Virus record (IMG/VR): IMGVR_UViG_3300045988_080038
Span: 1 to 64,000 of that record
Length of the DNA: 64,000 nucleotides
Strand: one strand, 5' to 3'
DNA from: a virus
The notes below the pieces were generated by a model. It had not been told where the DNA came from and ran no database searches. It saw nothing but the letters and a program-made list of their open reading frames with translations. The position numbers were made by a program, and so were the translations under genes. Positions 42,496 through 51,637 of the stretch are shown here, piece by piece; position 1 is the first letter of the stretch, and each line of letters starts with the position of its first letter.

Positions 42496-44502
42496 TTAAT
42501 TATACCAATATTTTAATGATGCTCCTTTTTGATACACAATTTTAGAAATGTAAGAATACCCTTTAGCGTTAAGATGTATATTGTCACTTCTTAGTGATGT
42601 AGGGACTCTGTTATCTGCAATATCTGTTTTATCTTGTTCAGTAGGTGTAATTCCCATACTTTGTAAACCATAATTAATTAATAGATATTTTGCATCAATA
42701 AAATGTGAGCCATATTTTTCTGATTGCAATTTATTTAATTTAACTGCATTTTCATTGGCTACTGGGTTTTCTTCTTCGGAAATATTACCGATAACAATAT
42801 ATCTATCAACATTTAAAGTATCTATCATATTATCAATTCTATTTAACACGCATTCAATATCTGATAATTGTGCTCCTGTTACGCCAGCGTACAAATCATT
42901 TTGCCCACACCAAAAAATTAACGTATCATCCTTATTAATTGACTCATAAGCATTTGTACTTACGAATTGGTCATAACTAATTGTTCTTGAACCACCTATT
43001 TTACTTCGTTCAAAATAATATTTATTATCTTCTAGAGTGATATTACCTTCAATTTCACCTAATTTACATGGATTGATACCATATGAACTACCAAATGTAA
43101 TTGTATTTTCTTCTTGCAAAAAAGGTTTAATATCATGATTATTGTAAGCTTTTAATAATATTTCAATTTTTTTAGGTTCACTTGGTATCTCTAAAGGTAC
43201 AGTTTGTGGATTTGTAGAAGTTGCAATAAAACCAGTAATTCTAGCGTTAATTGTTTCAGTTCCTTCACCACCAACACCTAAATTAATGACTTCAAAGCTT
43301 GAACCTAGTCTTTTTCCTAATTCAATAGGATAACTATATCCTTTTTCCCATGCGTGTTCACCAGCAGTAATTGCACCCATTGTCAATGAATCGCCAATAC
43401 AATAAACTTTAGATGATGATACTAATCCTAAGTCTGAAATAACACCTTTTTCAATTACATAATTTAATTTATTGATATTAGCCAACAAATATTTTAGTAA
43501 TTTAGTTTCGGTAACATCGTAAACAATAATATTACCATTATATGTTGAATCGCAGTTAAATCTCAACTCGCCATCATTATCAGCTTTGATAATCATGTAA
43601 CGATTAGTTGTAGTGATTATCGATTGTGACCATGATGTACCCTTATAAAGATTTCTAATTTCTTGACTAGTTGTATTAAGGTAGACATCTGAAATAAGTA
43701 AATATAAATGATTTTTAATGGATGTACCAAGTGATAATGCATATCCAGTATAATTAGAAACTTCTTTTTCTGATAATGGTTTTTGCAATTTGCAAATATC
43801 TACTAAATCTTCCCTTAATGAACTAATTGCATTTCCTGTGGCTTTTGCATCGGCAATACCGCCTTCAACGGTAAGAGTTTTATCTGGCTGTAAAACATTC
43901 TGAATGTCCGTAATGGCTTGTTCTTTTGCGGAATTTACATTTTTCACCGCCTCGTCAGATGCAGTTTTGGTAATAGCTAGAAGTTGATTAATTATATCTT
44001 TGTTGTTTTCATCAAGAGATGGCTGGTCAACTTCGATTCCTTCTAAAACAGGAATTTGCGCTACGGTAGTGTTCCATTCAATACTGATATTTGAATCAGA
44101 ATCTGTCTTAACAGCGCAGACAATGAATCTTATTGTTCCCATGTATCGCGCGGCGTTTTTTCCAATGACCCATGAAAATGTTATGTTATCTCCGTTTATA
44201 GAAGCATCTTCACAAATGTATTGGTCTTTTATGGAAATGTCTGGATCTACGCTACTTACATTTTCAAAGTTGATTCGAATTGAAAATTTTGATAAATCAA
44301 GATTATCTCCCACTATCTTCGGGCAAGAGAATTTAATTCGTTCTGCATTTTTGTCAGATTGCACCGCCCCAACTACGATTTCTGGAGGCACAAAAATAGT
44401 TCGTGTTCTGGAGTCAATTGTGCATATTCCGTTGCTTTCTAATAATGTAGTTGTTTCTGCTGTTGAATCTGAATCCATAAGTAAATCAAGTGCTGATGTC
44501 AT
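42496..44502 (-). CDS. BppU-N-like appendage protein with a C-terminal SGNH/GDSL hydrolase domain
   Basis: N-terminus TIDSRTRTIFVPPEIVVGAVQSDKNAERIKF. C-terminal blocks VYCIGDSLTMG, GVGG, WCGQND and DNIHLN fit SGNH blocks I, II, III and V. Confidence 0.75.
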   Translation of the reverse strand: MTSALDLLMDSDSTAETTTLLESNGICTIDSRTRTIFVPPEIVVGAVQSDKNAERIKFSCPKIVGDNLDLSKFSIRINFENVSSVDPDISIKDQYICEDASINGDNITFSWVIGKNAARYMGTIRFIVCAVKTDSDSNISIEWNTTVAQIPVLEGIEVDQPSLDENNKDIINQLLAITKTASDEAVKNVNSAKEQAITDIQNVLQPDKTLTVEGGIADAKATGNAISSLREDLVDICKLQKPLSEKEVSNYTGYALSLGTSIKNHLYLLISDVYLNTTSQEIRNLYKGTSWSQSIITTTNRYMIIKADNDGELRFNCDSTYNGNIIVYDVTETKLLKYLLANINKLNYVIEKGVISDLGLVSSSKVYCIGDSLTMGAITAGEHAWEKGYSYPIELGKRLGSSFEVINLGVGGEGTETINARITGFIATSTNPQTVPLEIPSEPKKIEILLKAYNNHDIKPFLQEENTITFGSSYGINPCKLGEIEGNITLEDNKYYFERSKIGGSRTISYDQFVSTNAYESINKDDTLIFWCGQNDLYAGVTGAQLSDIECVLNRIDNMIDTLNVDRYIVIGNISEEENPVANENAVKLNKLQSEKYGSHFIDAKYLLINYGLQSMGITPTEQDKTDIADNRVPTSLRSDNIHLNAKGYSYISKIVYQKGASLKYWYN

Positions 44503-44508
44503 TTTTTT

Positions 44509-44826
44509 CTACCCCCGTTGCGGAATCGTTATTTTATCTGATGTTATAATAAACTTACCGTTGTCTTTTATACCTGTGACTGAAACCCCAAAATAATCCC
44601 ACGCAAGAGCTTTAGATGGAATTTCACATTGTCCATTTTGTACCAATATCGGATACTCTTTGTCCATCCGCCAAAAAGAAGCTGCAATCTTGCATCCATT
44701 CCATTCAGGCGAAAAAGAAAAGAACGCTTTTAAATATCCAGAAGTTCCTTTTACAAGTCCAGTAAAATCGCAACTTGGGTCTTGGTATATTTTTTGGTTT
44801 TCAACTTTAAATTTTAAAATTCTCAT
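44509..44826 (-). CDS. hypothetical protein coupled to the SGNH appendage gene
   Basis: 105-aa ORF. Confidence 0.55.
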   Translation of the reverse strand: MRILKFKVENQKIYQDPSCDFTGLVKGTSGYLKAFFSFSPEWNGCKIAASFWRMDKEYPILVQNGQCEIPSKALAWDYFGVSVTGIKDNGKFIITSDKITIPQRG

Positions 44827-44877
44827 ACAAATATCCTTTCTGTTCTGACAGGGGGGCGCATATATAAACGGTCTATC

Positions 44878-45261
44878 CTACGCCACTTTTTCCAGTAAAT
44901 ACGGAACAAAATGTATCGCTTCATCCCCTACAATCTCATATGCAATTTCAAAAATCTGCCTTGCTTTGTCGGCAATCAGATTGGCAATCAATTCTTCTAC
45001 TTCCACCCAATTTTCACGGGGCACAAGTCTATGCAGTTCTTTAAGAAATCCGCTCGAAAACATCATTGCATGGCTCAACTCATGTAGAACTACCCTTGTG
45101 AGAAATTCGCCCGAAATAGCGTCAGAAATCCAAATAATTCTTGTGTTTCCGTCCGTCACAGCACAGGTCATAGTACCGGTACGGTCAATCAGCACCGGAT
45201 TCTCAGGATGAGTGAACCGAACTTTCCATTTTTGCCCATTCATGTAGAATTGCTTTAGCAT
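44878..45261 (-). CDS. HExxH zinc-metallopeptidase-like protein
   Basis: VVLHELSHAMMFS motif. Confidence 0.55.
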   Translation of the reverse strand: MLKQFYMNGQKWKVRFTHPENPVLIDRTGTMTCAVTDGNTRIIWISDAISGEFLTRVVLHELSHAMMFSSGFLKELHRLVPRENWVEVEELIANLIADKARQIFEIAYEIVGDEAIHFVPYLLEKVA

Positions 45262-45321
45262 AAAATCACCGCCTTTAAACCAAAAAGCCCCTGCTACATT
45301 CCTGTAACAAGGGCCTTGTTT

Positions 45322-45936
45322 TTAATTCATCTGTTGAAGAAGCTTAGTCAGATCAGTTTTCATCTGCTGTCTAAGGGTCGCATCTGCATCCGACCACATC
45401 TCAGACATGGTACGGATAACATCCTGCGTGTACTCTTTCATTGAACTGTCCATCTTCTGTTTTGAATCTGCATCTTTGGAATCATGGTAATGCCTGCGAT
45501 TCTCGCTGTATCTGTCATAGGTTTCGCCGTATCTGGACTGCTGACGGTTCGTTCCGTCCATCCTCATGTTACTACGGTCCGGATGATATCCCATGCGGTA
45601 TGCATCCGAATTATTCAGATACTCGTCCATCCAGTCATCATCTTCCATGTACAGGTACGGTTTATATCCCATACGACTTCCTCTACCCTTTGGGGCAAAT
45701 CTGCCATTGGAATAACGATATCTGTCATATCCCATGCGTCCAAGATACTTCTCTTCCTGTTCGCATTCGTCCATAGCTTCTACGATTCTGTAATCTTTAT
45801 CTGCACAAATTGCACACTTTACAGCTTCCATGCAGTCCTTCAGATCGTCCCAGTCTTGAGCACTGAGATTATCGAAGCCATGTGTCTTGGCTTTTTCCAT
45901 AGCCCATTTTCCCATTTCCATTGCAACTTTATGCAT
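45322..45936 (-). CDS. hypothetical protein rich in Asp, Tyr, Arg and Met
   Basis: 204-aa ORF with a repeated RMGY motif. Confidence 0.55.
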   Translation of the reverse strand: MHKVAMEMGKWAMEKAKTHGFDNLSAQDWDDLKDCMEAVKCAICADKDYRIVEAMDECEQEEKYLGRMGYDRYRYSNGRFAPKGRGSRMGYKPYLYMEDDDWMDEYLNNSDAYRMGYHPDRSNMRMDGTNRQQSRYGETYDRYSENRRHYHDSKDADSKQKMDSSMKEYTQDVIRTMSEMWSDADATLRQQMKTDLTKLLQQMN

Positions 45937-46361
45937 TACAGTGCCCCCTTTCTAACAGCCTGTGTAACAGGTGTATCTGCTGTTGGGGCTGTACCATTAA
46001 TTGCTGTCAAATTGTTACTCGGACTACAAGCCGGATTCCCTAACATCTTGAATACTCCACCAGTTGCACTCGTAGCTACTCTGGTTGCGTACTTCGTTCT
46101 GGTTCTTACGCCACAAGCCGTAACCTGTGCACAGCAACGATTCTGTAATGGATACAGGGTTGTTCCCGTTCCTATCTGAATCACCACCGGAGCGTTAATC
46201 GTAGTGGTTTCTGGTATGCTCTGTGCAATCACAATGCAATATTTTTCACCGTTGTTATAACTACCTGCTGGAAGTGTAATCACAAGATTACCACCAGTAA
46301 ACGCAACAGCCTGGCTTATCACGAGATGATCACAGAGCTTACAAACATTTTTACAACTCAT
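45936..46361 (-). CDS. hypothetical Cys-rich protein
   Basis: GAGAGGT RBS before MSCKNVCKLCDH.... Further Cys pairs (NRCCAQVTACG). Confidence 0.55.
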   Translation of the reverse strand: MSCKNVCKLCDHLVISQAVAFTGGNLVITLPAGSYNNGEKYCIVIAQSIPETTTINAPVVIQIGTGTTLYPLQNRCCAQVTACGVRTRTKYATRVATSATGGVFKMLGNPACSPSNNLTAINGTAPTADTPVTQAVRKGAL

Positions 46362-46372
46362 ACTTCTACCTC

Positions 46373-46408
46373 TCAATCAAATAAGAGGTGAGCCGTAACC
46401 CACCTCTT
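46373..46408 (-). terminator. intrinsic terminator-like hairpin
   Basis: Minus strand reads AAGAGGTG-ggttacggct-CACCTCTT followed by ATTTGATTG. Confidence 0.45.
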
Positions 46409-46438
46409 AGAATTAGTCAACCTCTAAGGGTGAGTTAC

Positions 46439-47251
46439 TTAGCAGCAACCGTTGTTGTATCCGTTGCATCCACCGTAGTAGGTATTCGGATTCGGAACAA
46501 CATATGCCGGAACAGCTGCCGGATTGATTGCATTGATTAACTGCTGTGTCTGAGATGCCATTGCAGTTGTAAGAAGTGCGCTCTGGCGATCCTGAGATGC
46601 AGCACGTTTCAGATCAGAGTTCTCTGCCTGTAATGTTGCAAGCTTATCATTCGTCAAGAAATCGAGAATTGCTCTGGTGTTGCTGTTCTGATTGTCCAGA
46701 AGGTCTCTGGTGTTGTTGTTCATTGTGTTCTGAAGAGCACAAGTGTTGGTTGCCAGGTTGTAGTTGATACCCTGGATAGCTTCCCTTGTTTCACAGCAAC
46801 AATTTGCCAACTGAGACTGTAATGCATTGGTATTCTGCATACCGGCTACAGTATCAGCGTTAATTGCCTGCTGAACGCCATTGAAGCCCTGAAGCATTCC
46901 AACGTTCATGCCGTTAAAACCGCTCTGCATGGTATTGTTGAGTGCATATGTGCTGTCACAGATACCCTGCTGAATACCTCTGATACCGTTTTGGATATCG
47001 TTAAGAGCGAAGCCCTCGTTGATATCGGCACGTGTAGCCCATCCTTGGAATCCGGCACCATTAGCACCGTTTCCACCATTACCGCCGAAGCCACCGCCCC
47101 AGCCGCCAAAACCTCCCCATCCGAAGATTGCGAAGATCAGTACGAGCCAAATAAGTGAAAAACCATCACCGCCCCACATGTCATTGGCACGGTTATTAGA
47201 GCCTGTAGCAGCTGCAATGTCGCTAAGACTGTAATTAGAACCATTCATCAT
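46439..47251 (-). CDS. low-complexity protein rich in Gly, Asn and Gln with one TM helix and a C-terminal Cys cluster
   Basis: FSLIWLVLIFAIFGWGGFGGWGGGFGGNGGNGANG, long N/Q-rich helical repeats, an internal CCC, and an ending GGCNGYNNGCC. RBS AAGGAGA. Confidence 0.6.
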   Translation of the reverse strand: MMNGSNYSLSDIAAATGSNNRANDMWGGDGFSLIWLVLIFAIFGWGGFGGWGGGFGGNGGNGANGAGFQGWATRADINEGFALNDIQNGIRGIQQGICDSTYALNNTMQSGFNGMNVGMLQGFNGVQQAINADTVAGMQNTNALQSQLANCCCETREAIQGINYNLATNTCALQNTMNNNTRDLLDNQNSNTRAILDFLTNDKLATLQAENSDLKRAASQDRQSALLTTAMASQTQQLINAINPAAVPAYVVPNPNTYYGGCNGYNNGCC

Positions 47252-47350
47252 GTTTTTAGTCTCCTTATAAATTTATTTACAATAGGAGACATCCGCGGCT
47301 GTCATCCCAAATTGTAGCGATTTTAAATCACCCAATCATGGGGAAGTGTT

Positions 47351-47596
47351 TTATAATCCAAGGAATTTTTGGATAATTCCGTCTGGTGATAAGTGCTTTT
47401 CATTAAAAACATTTTGCTGAATTTGATGCAACTGGTCTGTATCACCTTTTTTGTACAAATCCAAGGCGTTTTTTAATGTTGGATTATTCCCTGCAAATTT
47501 ACTCATATCGTTCATCATGTTATCAACACTTCCGAACCTCTGAGAAATCATTCTTTCAACTTGCTTTTTCATCATGGCATTTGGATTGAAATTCAT
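47351..47596 (-). CDS. hypothetical protein
   Basis: 81-aa ORF. Confidence 0.55.
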   Translation of the reverse strand: MNFNPNAMMKKQVERMISQRFGSVDNMMNDMSKFAGNNPTLKNALDLYKKGDTDQLHQIQQNVFNEKHLSPDGIIQKFLGL

Positions 47597-48093
47597 TTCT
47601 GTCTACCTCCATTCTGCTTAGGTTCTGATGTCCCCGACATTTGTGCCGGGAACATGTTCTTTATTTCAGAAATCTCAGAACAAACATCGTTCCGAAGTTG
47701 ATTAAACATAGCTTCTATATCAATCGGTTTTTCTTCTGCTTTTGGTTGCTGTTGTTCGTCTGGATTTAAAAGTCGGTAAACAAAAATCCTGCTTTTTCCG
47801 TCTGCCTGTAGTTGCTTCTTGTATATTTCTGTACCATCTGTTTTTGGATAATAGACAGGATTTCCAGTCATATCCACATCCTTTGCTTTTACAGTGTCAA
47901 TGCCATCAACCATTTGCCCTGAAAGCATAGCAACCTGTGGCATCTGCTGCATCGGCTGTTGTATTTGTGCCTGTCCATAAGGCATTGTCTGTTGGTAGTT
48001 GTTCTGCAACTGTGCCAATCTATCTTGATACGGTTGTACCGGTGTTTGTGGGTATGGATTCAATGGTTGCGGATAATATGGATAAAATGCCAT
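47593..48093 (-). CDS. hypothetical protein with a Pro/Gln/Tyr-rich N-terminus
   Basis: GGGAGGAA RBS before MAFYPYYPQPLNPYPQTPVQPYQ.... Confidence 0.55.
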   Translation of the reverse strand: MAFYPYYPQPLNPYPQTPVQPYQDRLAQLQNNYQQTMPYGQAQIQQPMQQMPQVAMLSGQMVDGIDTVKAKDVDMTGNPVYYPKTDGTEIYKKQLQADGKSRIFVYRLLNPDEQQQPKAEEKPIDIEAMFNQLRNDVCSEISEIKNMFPAQMSGTSEPKQNGGRQK

Positions 48094-48169
48094 AGTGTGT
48101 TCCTCCCATCTCTGTAAGCTTTTCTCTATGCTTACATTATATGAGAGAAACCTAAGTATTTGAACGACA

Positions 48170-48424
48170 CTATTTCGCCATATTTTCGCCATGATACAAA
48201 GAAAAGCCCCGATAATACATCGGGGCAACTTTAACAATCTTCTTTTTTACTTTTCGGTTTATGCGGTCAATGGTTCTTGGACTATACCCCATAATCTCTG
48301 CTGTTTCAAACAATGTTTTTTCCTCATAAACTCTCAACCGGAAAAATTCTTTTTCTCGGGAATCAAACCCGGATTCGCTTAGATAAAACTTTCTTTCATC
48401 TTCTGAAAAGTCTGTATAATTCAT
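48170..48424 (-). CDS. sigma-70 region-4-like HTH regulator
   Basis: EKEFFRLRVYEEKTLFETAEIMGYSPRTIDRINRKVKKKI. Confidence 0.55.
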   Translation of the reverse strand: MNYTDFSEDERKFYLSESGFDSREKEFFRLRVYEEKTLFETAEIMGYSPRTIDRINRKVKKKIVKVAPMYYRGFSLYHGENMAK

Positions 48425-48459
48425 AATCCCACCGCCTCCCTTACAAGTGGAATTGCTTA

Positions 48460-48771
48460 TTATGCCGGAAAGATACCGCTTAATGCAAACCCTACAATAG
48501 CCCCGATCACGGCCGTGATAACGCAAACAACAATCGTATCGTAGCGTTTTCCCGGGGCTTCCATGAGGGATTTTAAATTATCATTCATTTCATCCACCGT
48601 ATCTTTGATGTGCCCGAGATCATTGTTGTAAAGAACAATTTTGGTTTCAAGCGCATTGATACGTTCAAAAAAAATACCGTCACGTTTAGACTGCTTCTCT
48701 TTTATTTCGTGAACAACTTTTTCCAATTCTTCTAAGCGGTGTTCGTTAAAGCAATTCTGTTCACATTCCAT
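48460..48771 (-). CDS. XhlA-like coiled-coil protein with a C-terminal TM anchor
   Basis: HRLEELEKVVHEIKEK... coiled coil, then TIVVCVITAVIGAIVGFALSGIF. Confidence 0.5.
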   Translation of the reverse strand: MECEQNCFNEHRLEELEKVVHEIKEKQSKRDGIFFERINALETKIVLYNNDLGHIKDTVDEMNDNLKSLMEAPGKRYDTIVVCVITAVIGAIVGFALSGIFPA

Positions 48772-48883
48772 CGCTACTCTCCTTCACTCCCATTACATTT
48801 TTTGTACTTCTTCCCACCTCATAATGAAGTACCCCAGCAACGCCTGGGAGGAAATGCGTCACGTTCTCAACCTACTTTTTCTG

Positions 48884-49207
48884 TCAGATTCCTCTGGCAA
48901 AGGGAAAAACGCCGTGATTAACAAATATCTCTGTCTCAGAGTTCCATCCTGCATTTACAGAATTTTCCGAATGAGATGTTTCAAATTCAACTCCCTGTTT
49001 CACAAGAAAATAAAGAGCCAAATCGAAAATACAATCATAGCATTCGTCCATATCTTTATTGATGCTTTCTTTCGTATAACTCTCAGGATAATTGCGTTTT
49101 TTCTGGAATGACCGAATAGCTCTTTTGACTGCTAAGGGAATCATCCTTGCGGTCAGTTCATCACCTTCCAGATATGTTGTCAGATCGCTTGTAAGCTGTT
49201 CGTCCAT
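48884..49207 (-). CDS. gp6-like head-tail connector protein
   Basis: 107 aa. DLTTYLEGDELTARMIPLAVKRAIRSF... Lies downstream of the capsid gene. Confidence 0.6.
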   Translation of the reverse strand: MDEQLTSDLTTYLEGDELTARMIPLAVKRAIRSFQKKRNYPESYTKESINKDMDECYDCIFDLALYFLVKQGVEFETSHSENSVNAGWNSETEIFVNHGVFPFARGI

Positions 49208-49217
49208 GCCATTTCAC

Positions 49218-49322
49218 CTACCCTTGCTGCGCTATAATTTCTGATATGATACCAGCCTTGTTTGTGGAAGTCAGGGCATAACCATTGTCACTTGCAAGCT
49301 GTCTCAGTTGAGCCACAGTCAT
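49218..49322 (-). CDS. 34-aa HeH/Rho-N-like peptide
   Basis: MTVAQLRQLASDNGYALTSTNKAGIISEIIAQQG. The longer tracked ORF overlaps the capsid gene. Confidence 0.35.
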   Translation of the reverse strand: MTVAQLRQLASDNGYALTSTNKAGIISEIIAQQG

Positions 49323-49405
49323 ACTGGACAGCTCGCTTTCTGTATACTTGTGTGTAACACTTGCTACAGACGGTGACTGGCTGTTTTCATCAAGGCTATG
49401 CCCGT

Positions 49406-50440
49406 TTATTCCCCCTTTGTACCGATAACGATACCGCCATTGGCTTTCGGTGCTACCGGAATAAACATACCGGATGCTTTTGTCCAAACAGCAACTGGAT
49501 CCTGTGTAGCCCACATGGAAAGAGTAACAAAAGAGCGATTCTCTTCTTGGATGAACTGTCTGTATTCATTCTCTTCCGGTGTTGGTCCCCAAAGTCCAGT
49601 ACCGAAGGAACCGCCTGCATCAGCTTCGTAGAGAGTGAACACATCCTCTTTGAAGTATCTTCCGGTCATCAGAGTTCCGTCTGCTTTTCTGTAACGGAAT
49701 TTCTCGTCGCAACGACCAACGGTGATTCCGTACTCCTGCATGAGCAGATTTGCAAGCTCCTGTCTGGTAAGGAGGCGTTTATTCGCAGCTCCCAGAACAG
49801 CTGTCTGCATAGCTGTGTTGCTTCTCATGTAGTTGATCATCTTCAGAGATGTAACTGCATTTGTTACTACGTATCCGGAATCCTCGGCTACAGTTACCAT
49901 CTTCTGAATATCGCCCATGATATCTGCGTCTGCTGCGGACCAGTCGGTAAGAGTAACCTTCGCGGAACTCGGAACGCCGTAATCAATAGACATGTCAACA
50001 TTGTTCTCTTTGATTTTTACTACACCAGTAGCAAGGAACTGTCCTTTCATAACATTTGCTCTGGCAACAACGCCCTCGAACAGGTTTGTGGCATCATCAA
50101 AAACGAAGTTTGTAAGAGTTTCGTTGTCCGGAACGCCGTTTTCGATAGCTTCCTGGAGACGCTCAGACTGATTGATCTTCCTCTTGATAAAGAGTTTTTC
50201 AGTCAGAACTTTCTCGAATCCCGGTCTGGTGCCGATTTCTGCTTCGGTATCAAGAGCGTGAACAAATGCTACCTCCGGCAGTCGTTGTCCAGCCATAAGT
50301 CTGTAATACTCGGCTTTCCAAAACGGTGTCTTTACATCTGGAAAAATGGTATCGAGGATACCAGGTCTTGCCACAGAAAAATTCTGAGCGAAATTTAATC
50401 TTTCTTCTGCTGTGATAGCTTCTAATACATTGTATGGCAT
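49406..50440 (-). CDS. major capsid protein (lambda gpE-like family)
   Basis: 344 aa. N-terminus ...FPDVKTPFWKAEYYRLMAG.... Position after the scaffold and decoration genes. Confidence 0.8.
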   Translation of the reverse strand: MPYNVLEAITAEERLNFAQNFSVARPGILDTIFPDVKTPFWKAEYYRLMAGQRLPEVAFVHALDTEAEIGTRPGFEKVLTEKLFIKRKINQSERLQEAIENGVPDNETLTNFVFDDATNLFEGVVARANVMKGQFLATGVVKIKENNVDMSIDYGVPSSAKVTLTDWSAADADIMGDIQKMVTVAEDSGYVVTNAVTSLKMINYMRSNTAMQTAVLGAANKRLLTRQELANLLMQEYGITVGRCDEKFRYRKADGTLMTGRYFKEDVFTLYEADAGGSFGTGLWGPTPEENEYRQFIQEENRSFVTLSMWATQDPVAVWTKASGMFIPVAPKANGGIVIGTKGE

Positions 50441-50455
50441 ATTGGTTATACCTCC

Positions 50456-50800
50456 TTAAAATACTGGATCTGTTGTGGTTACAAAAACAATTCCCTGCGC
50501 GGTAAGCTCTGTTTTTGCAGTTTCGTCAACTGTAACTGGCAGTCTTTTCTCAAGGACACGTCCTGCTACGATCACGGAAATCGGTCTTTTAGCATCATCT
50601 GTCATATCAACATCTTCAAATACGATTCCTTTTGCACCAGTCGCATTTGTCGGATACACGGAACCTGCTTTGATGATTTTTTTATCATTTACTGCCGTTG
50701 CATTTGTTGCGTCTGCGGTGTAAGTTTTCAGTACCAGTCCAACCTCAGATTCGAGAATGTTGGGAGTTGACTCATACTGTTTTGTTTTCATAAAAGCCAT
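50456..50800 (-). CDS. head decoration-like protein
   Basis: 114 aa, between the scaffold and capsid genes. Confidence 0.5.
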   Translation of the reverse strand: MAFMKTKQYESTPNILESEVGLVLKTYTADATNATAVNDKKIIKAGSVYPTNATGAKGIVFEDVDMTDDAKRPISVIVAGRVLEKRLPVTVDETAKTELTAQGIVFVTTTDPVF

Positions 50801-50822
50801 AATCTAAATCTCCTTTACTTAC

Positions 50823-51482
50823 TTAAAAATTAACCGGTGCATTGTCACCTGCCGGTTCTGTTTTTGGGTTCATGCGTGCTGAGTAAGCTTTTGCGTACTT
50901 AGCTGCCGGACTATCGTTATCATCTTTTTTCTGTCCCTTGTCTGAATTTCCGCCACCTGGATTCGGAGTATTGTCAAGAACTGCTTTCTCCCATTCAGAT
51001 TTAGCATTATCCAGAGCTGCTTTATTTGCTTCGGAAATTCCATTAACAAAAGTTTTGACTTCCTTCATTACGTCTTCAGACTTGTCTGCTGGCATAGATG
51101 AAAATGCTTTGATAGCGCTTGCATATGTTTCTGTTGAAAGACCTGCATTAGCGAAAGCAGATGTAATCTCACTGGAAAGCGCTTTCCTGTTGGATTCAGC
51201 AAGTGCTTTTTCCAGGTCAGAAATCCTCTTTTCGTTTTCTGCTTTTTCCTTCTGTCGCTCTGCTTCTTGTCTTTCGGCATCCGTCATATTCTGGGCTTTC
51301 AAATCATCCAGCTCCTTTTGAAGGTCATCTGCTTTATCAGCTTTTTCTTTCAGAGAAGTGTTTTTTTCTTTCACTTTCTTTGTCTCTGATTCAACAGAAT
51401 CAAGATATTTAGTCACCTGCTCTTCAGACGGTTCCTCGATTCCAAAGCCGATAAGTACCTGTTTTGCCTGTTCTCTTGTCAT
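50823..51482 (-). CDS. scaffolding protein
   Basis: 219-aa acidic coiled-coil protein (KEKADKADDLQKELDDLKAQN...). Confidence 0.7.
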   Translation of the reverse strand: MTREQAKQVLIGFGIEEPSEEQVTKYLDSVESETKKVKEKNTSLKEKADKADDLQKELDDLKAQNMTDAERQEAERQKEKAENEKRISDLEKALAESNRKALSSEITSAFANAGLSTETYASAIKAFSSMPADKSEDVMKEVKTFVNGISEANKAALDNAKSEWEKAVLDNTPNPGGGNSDKGQKKDDNDSPAAKYAKAYSARMNPKTEPAGDNAPVNF

Positions 51483-51637
51483 AGAAATCTCCTTTCTTTC
51501 AGACCATCACACTTTTTTCACACGGTTCGCTCCGCACATGATCTGTACCCGATTTACGCTCACGGGCTGTTGCATTATTTTTGTGTATTAAAAAAGGAAC
51601 CTTGGATGTTATTCCTTGGTTCCTTTGATAATTGAAT

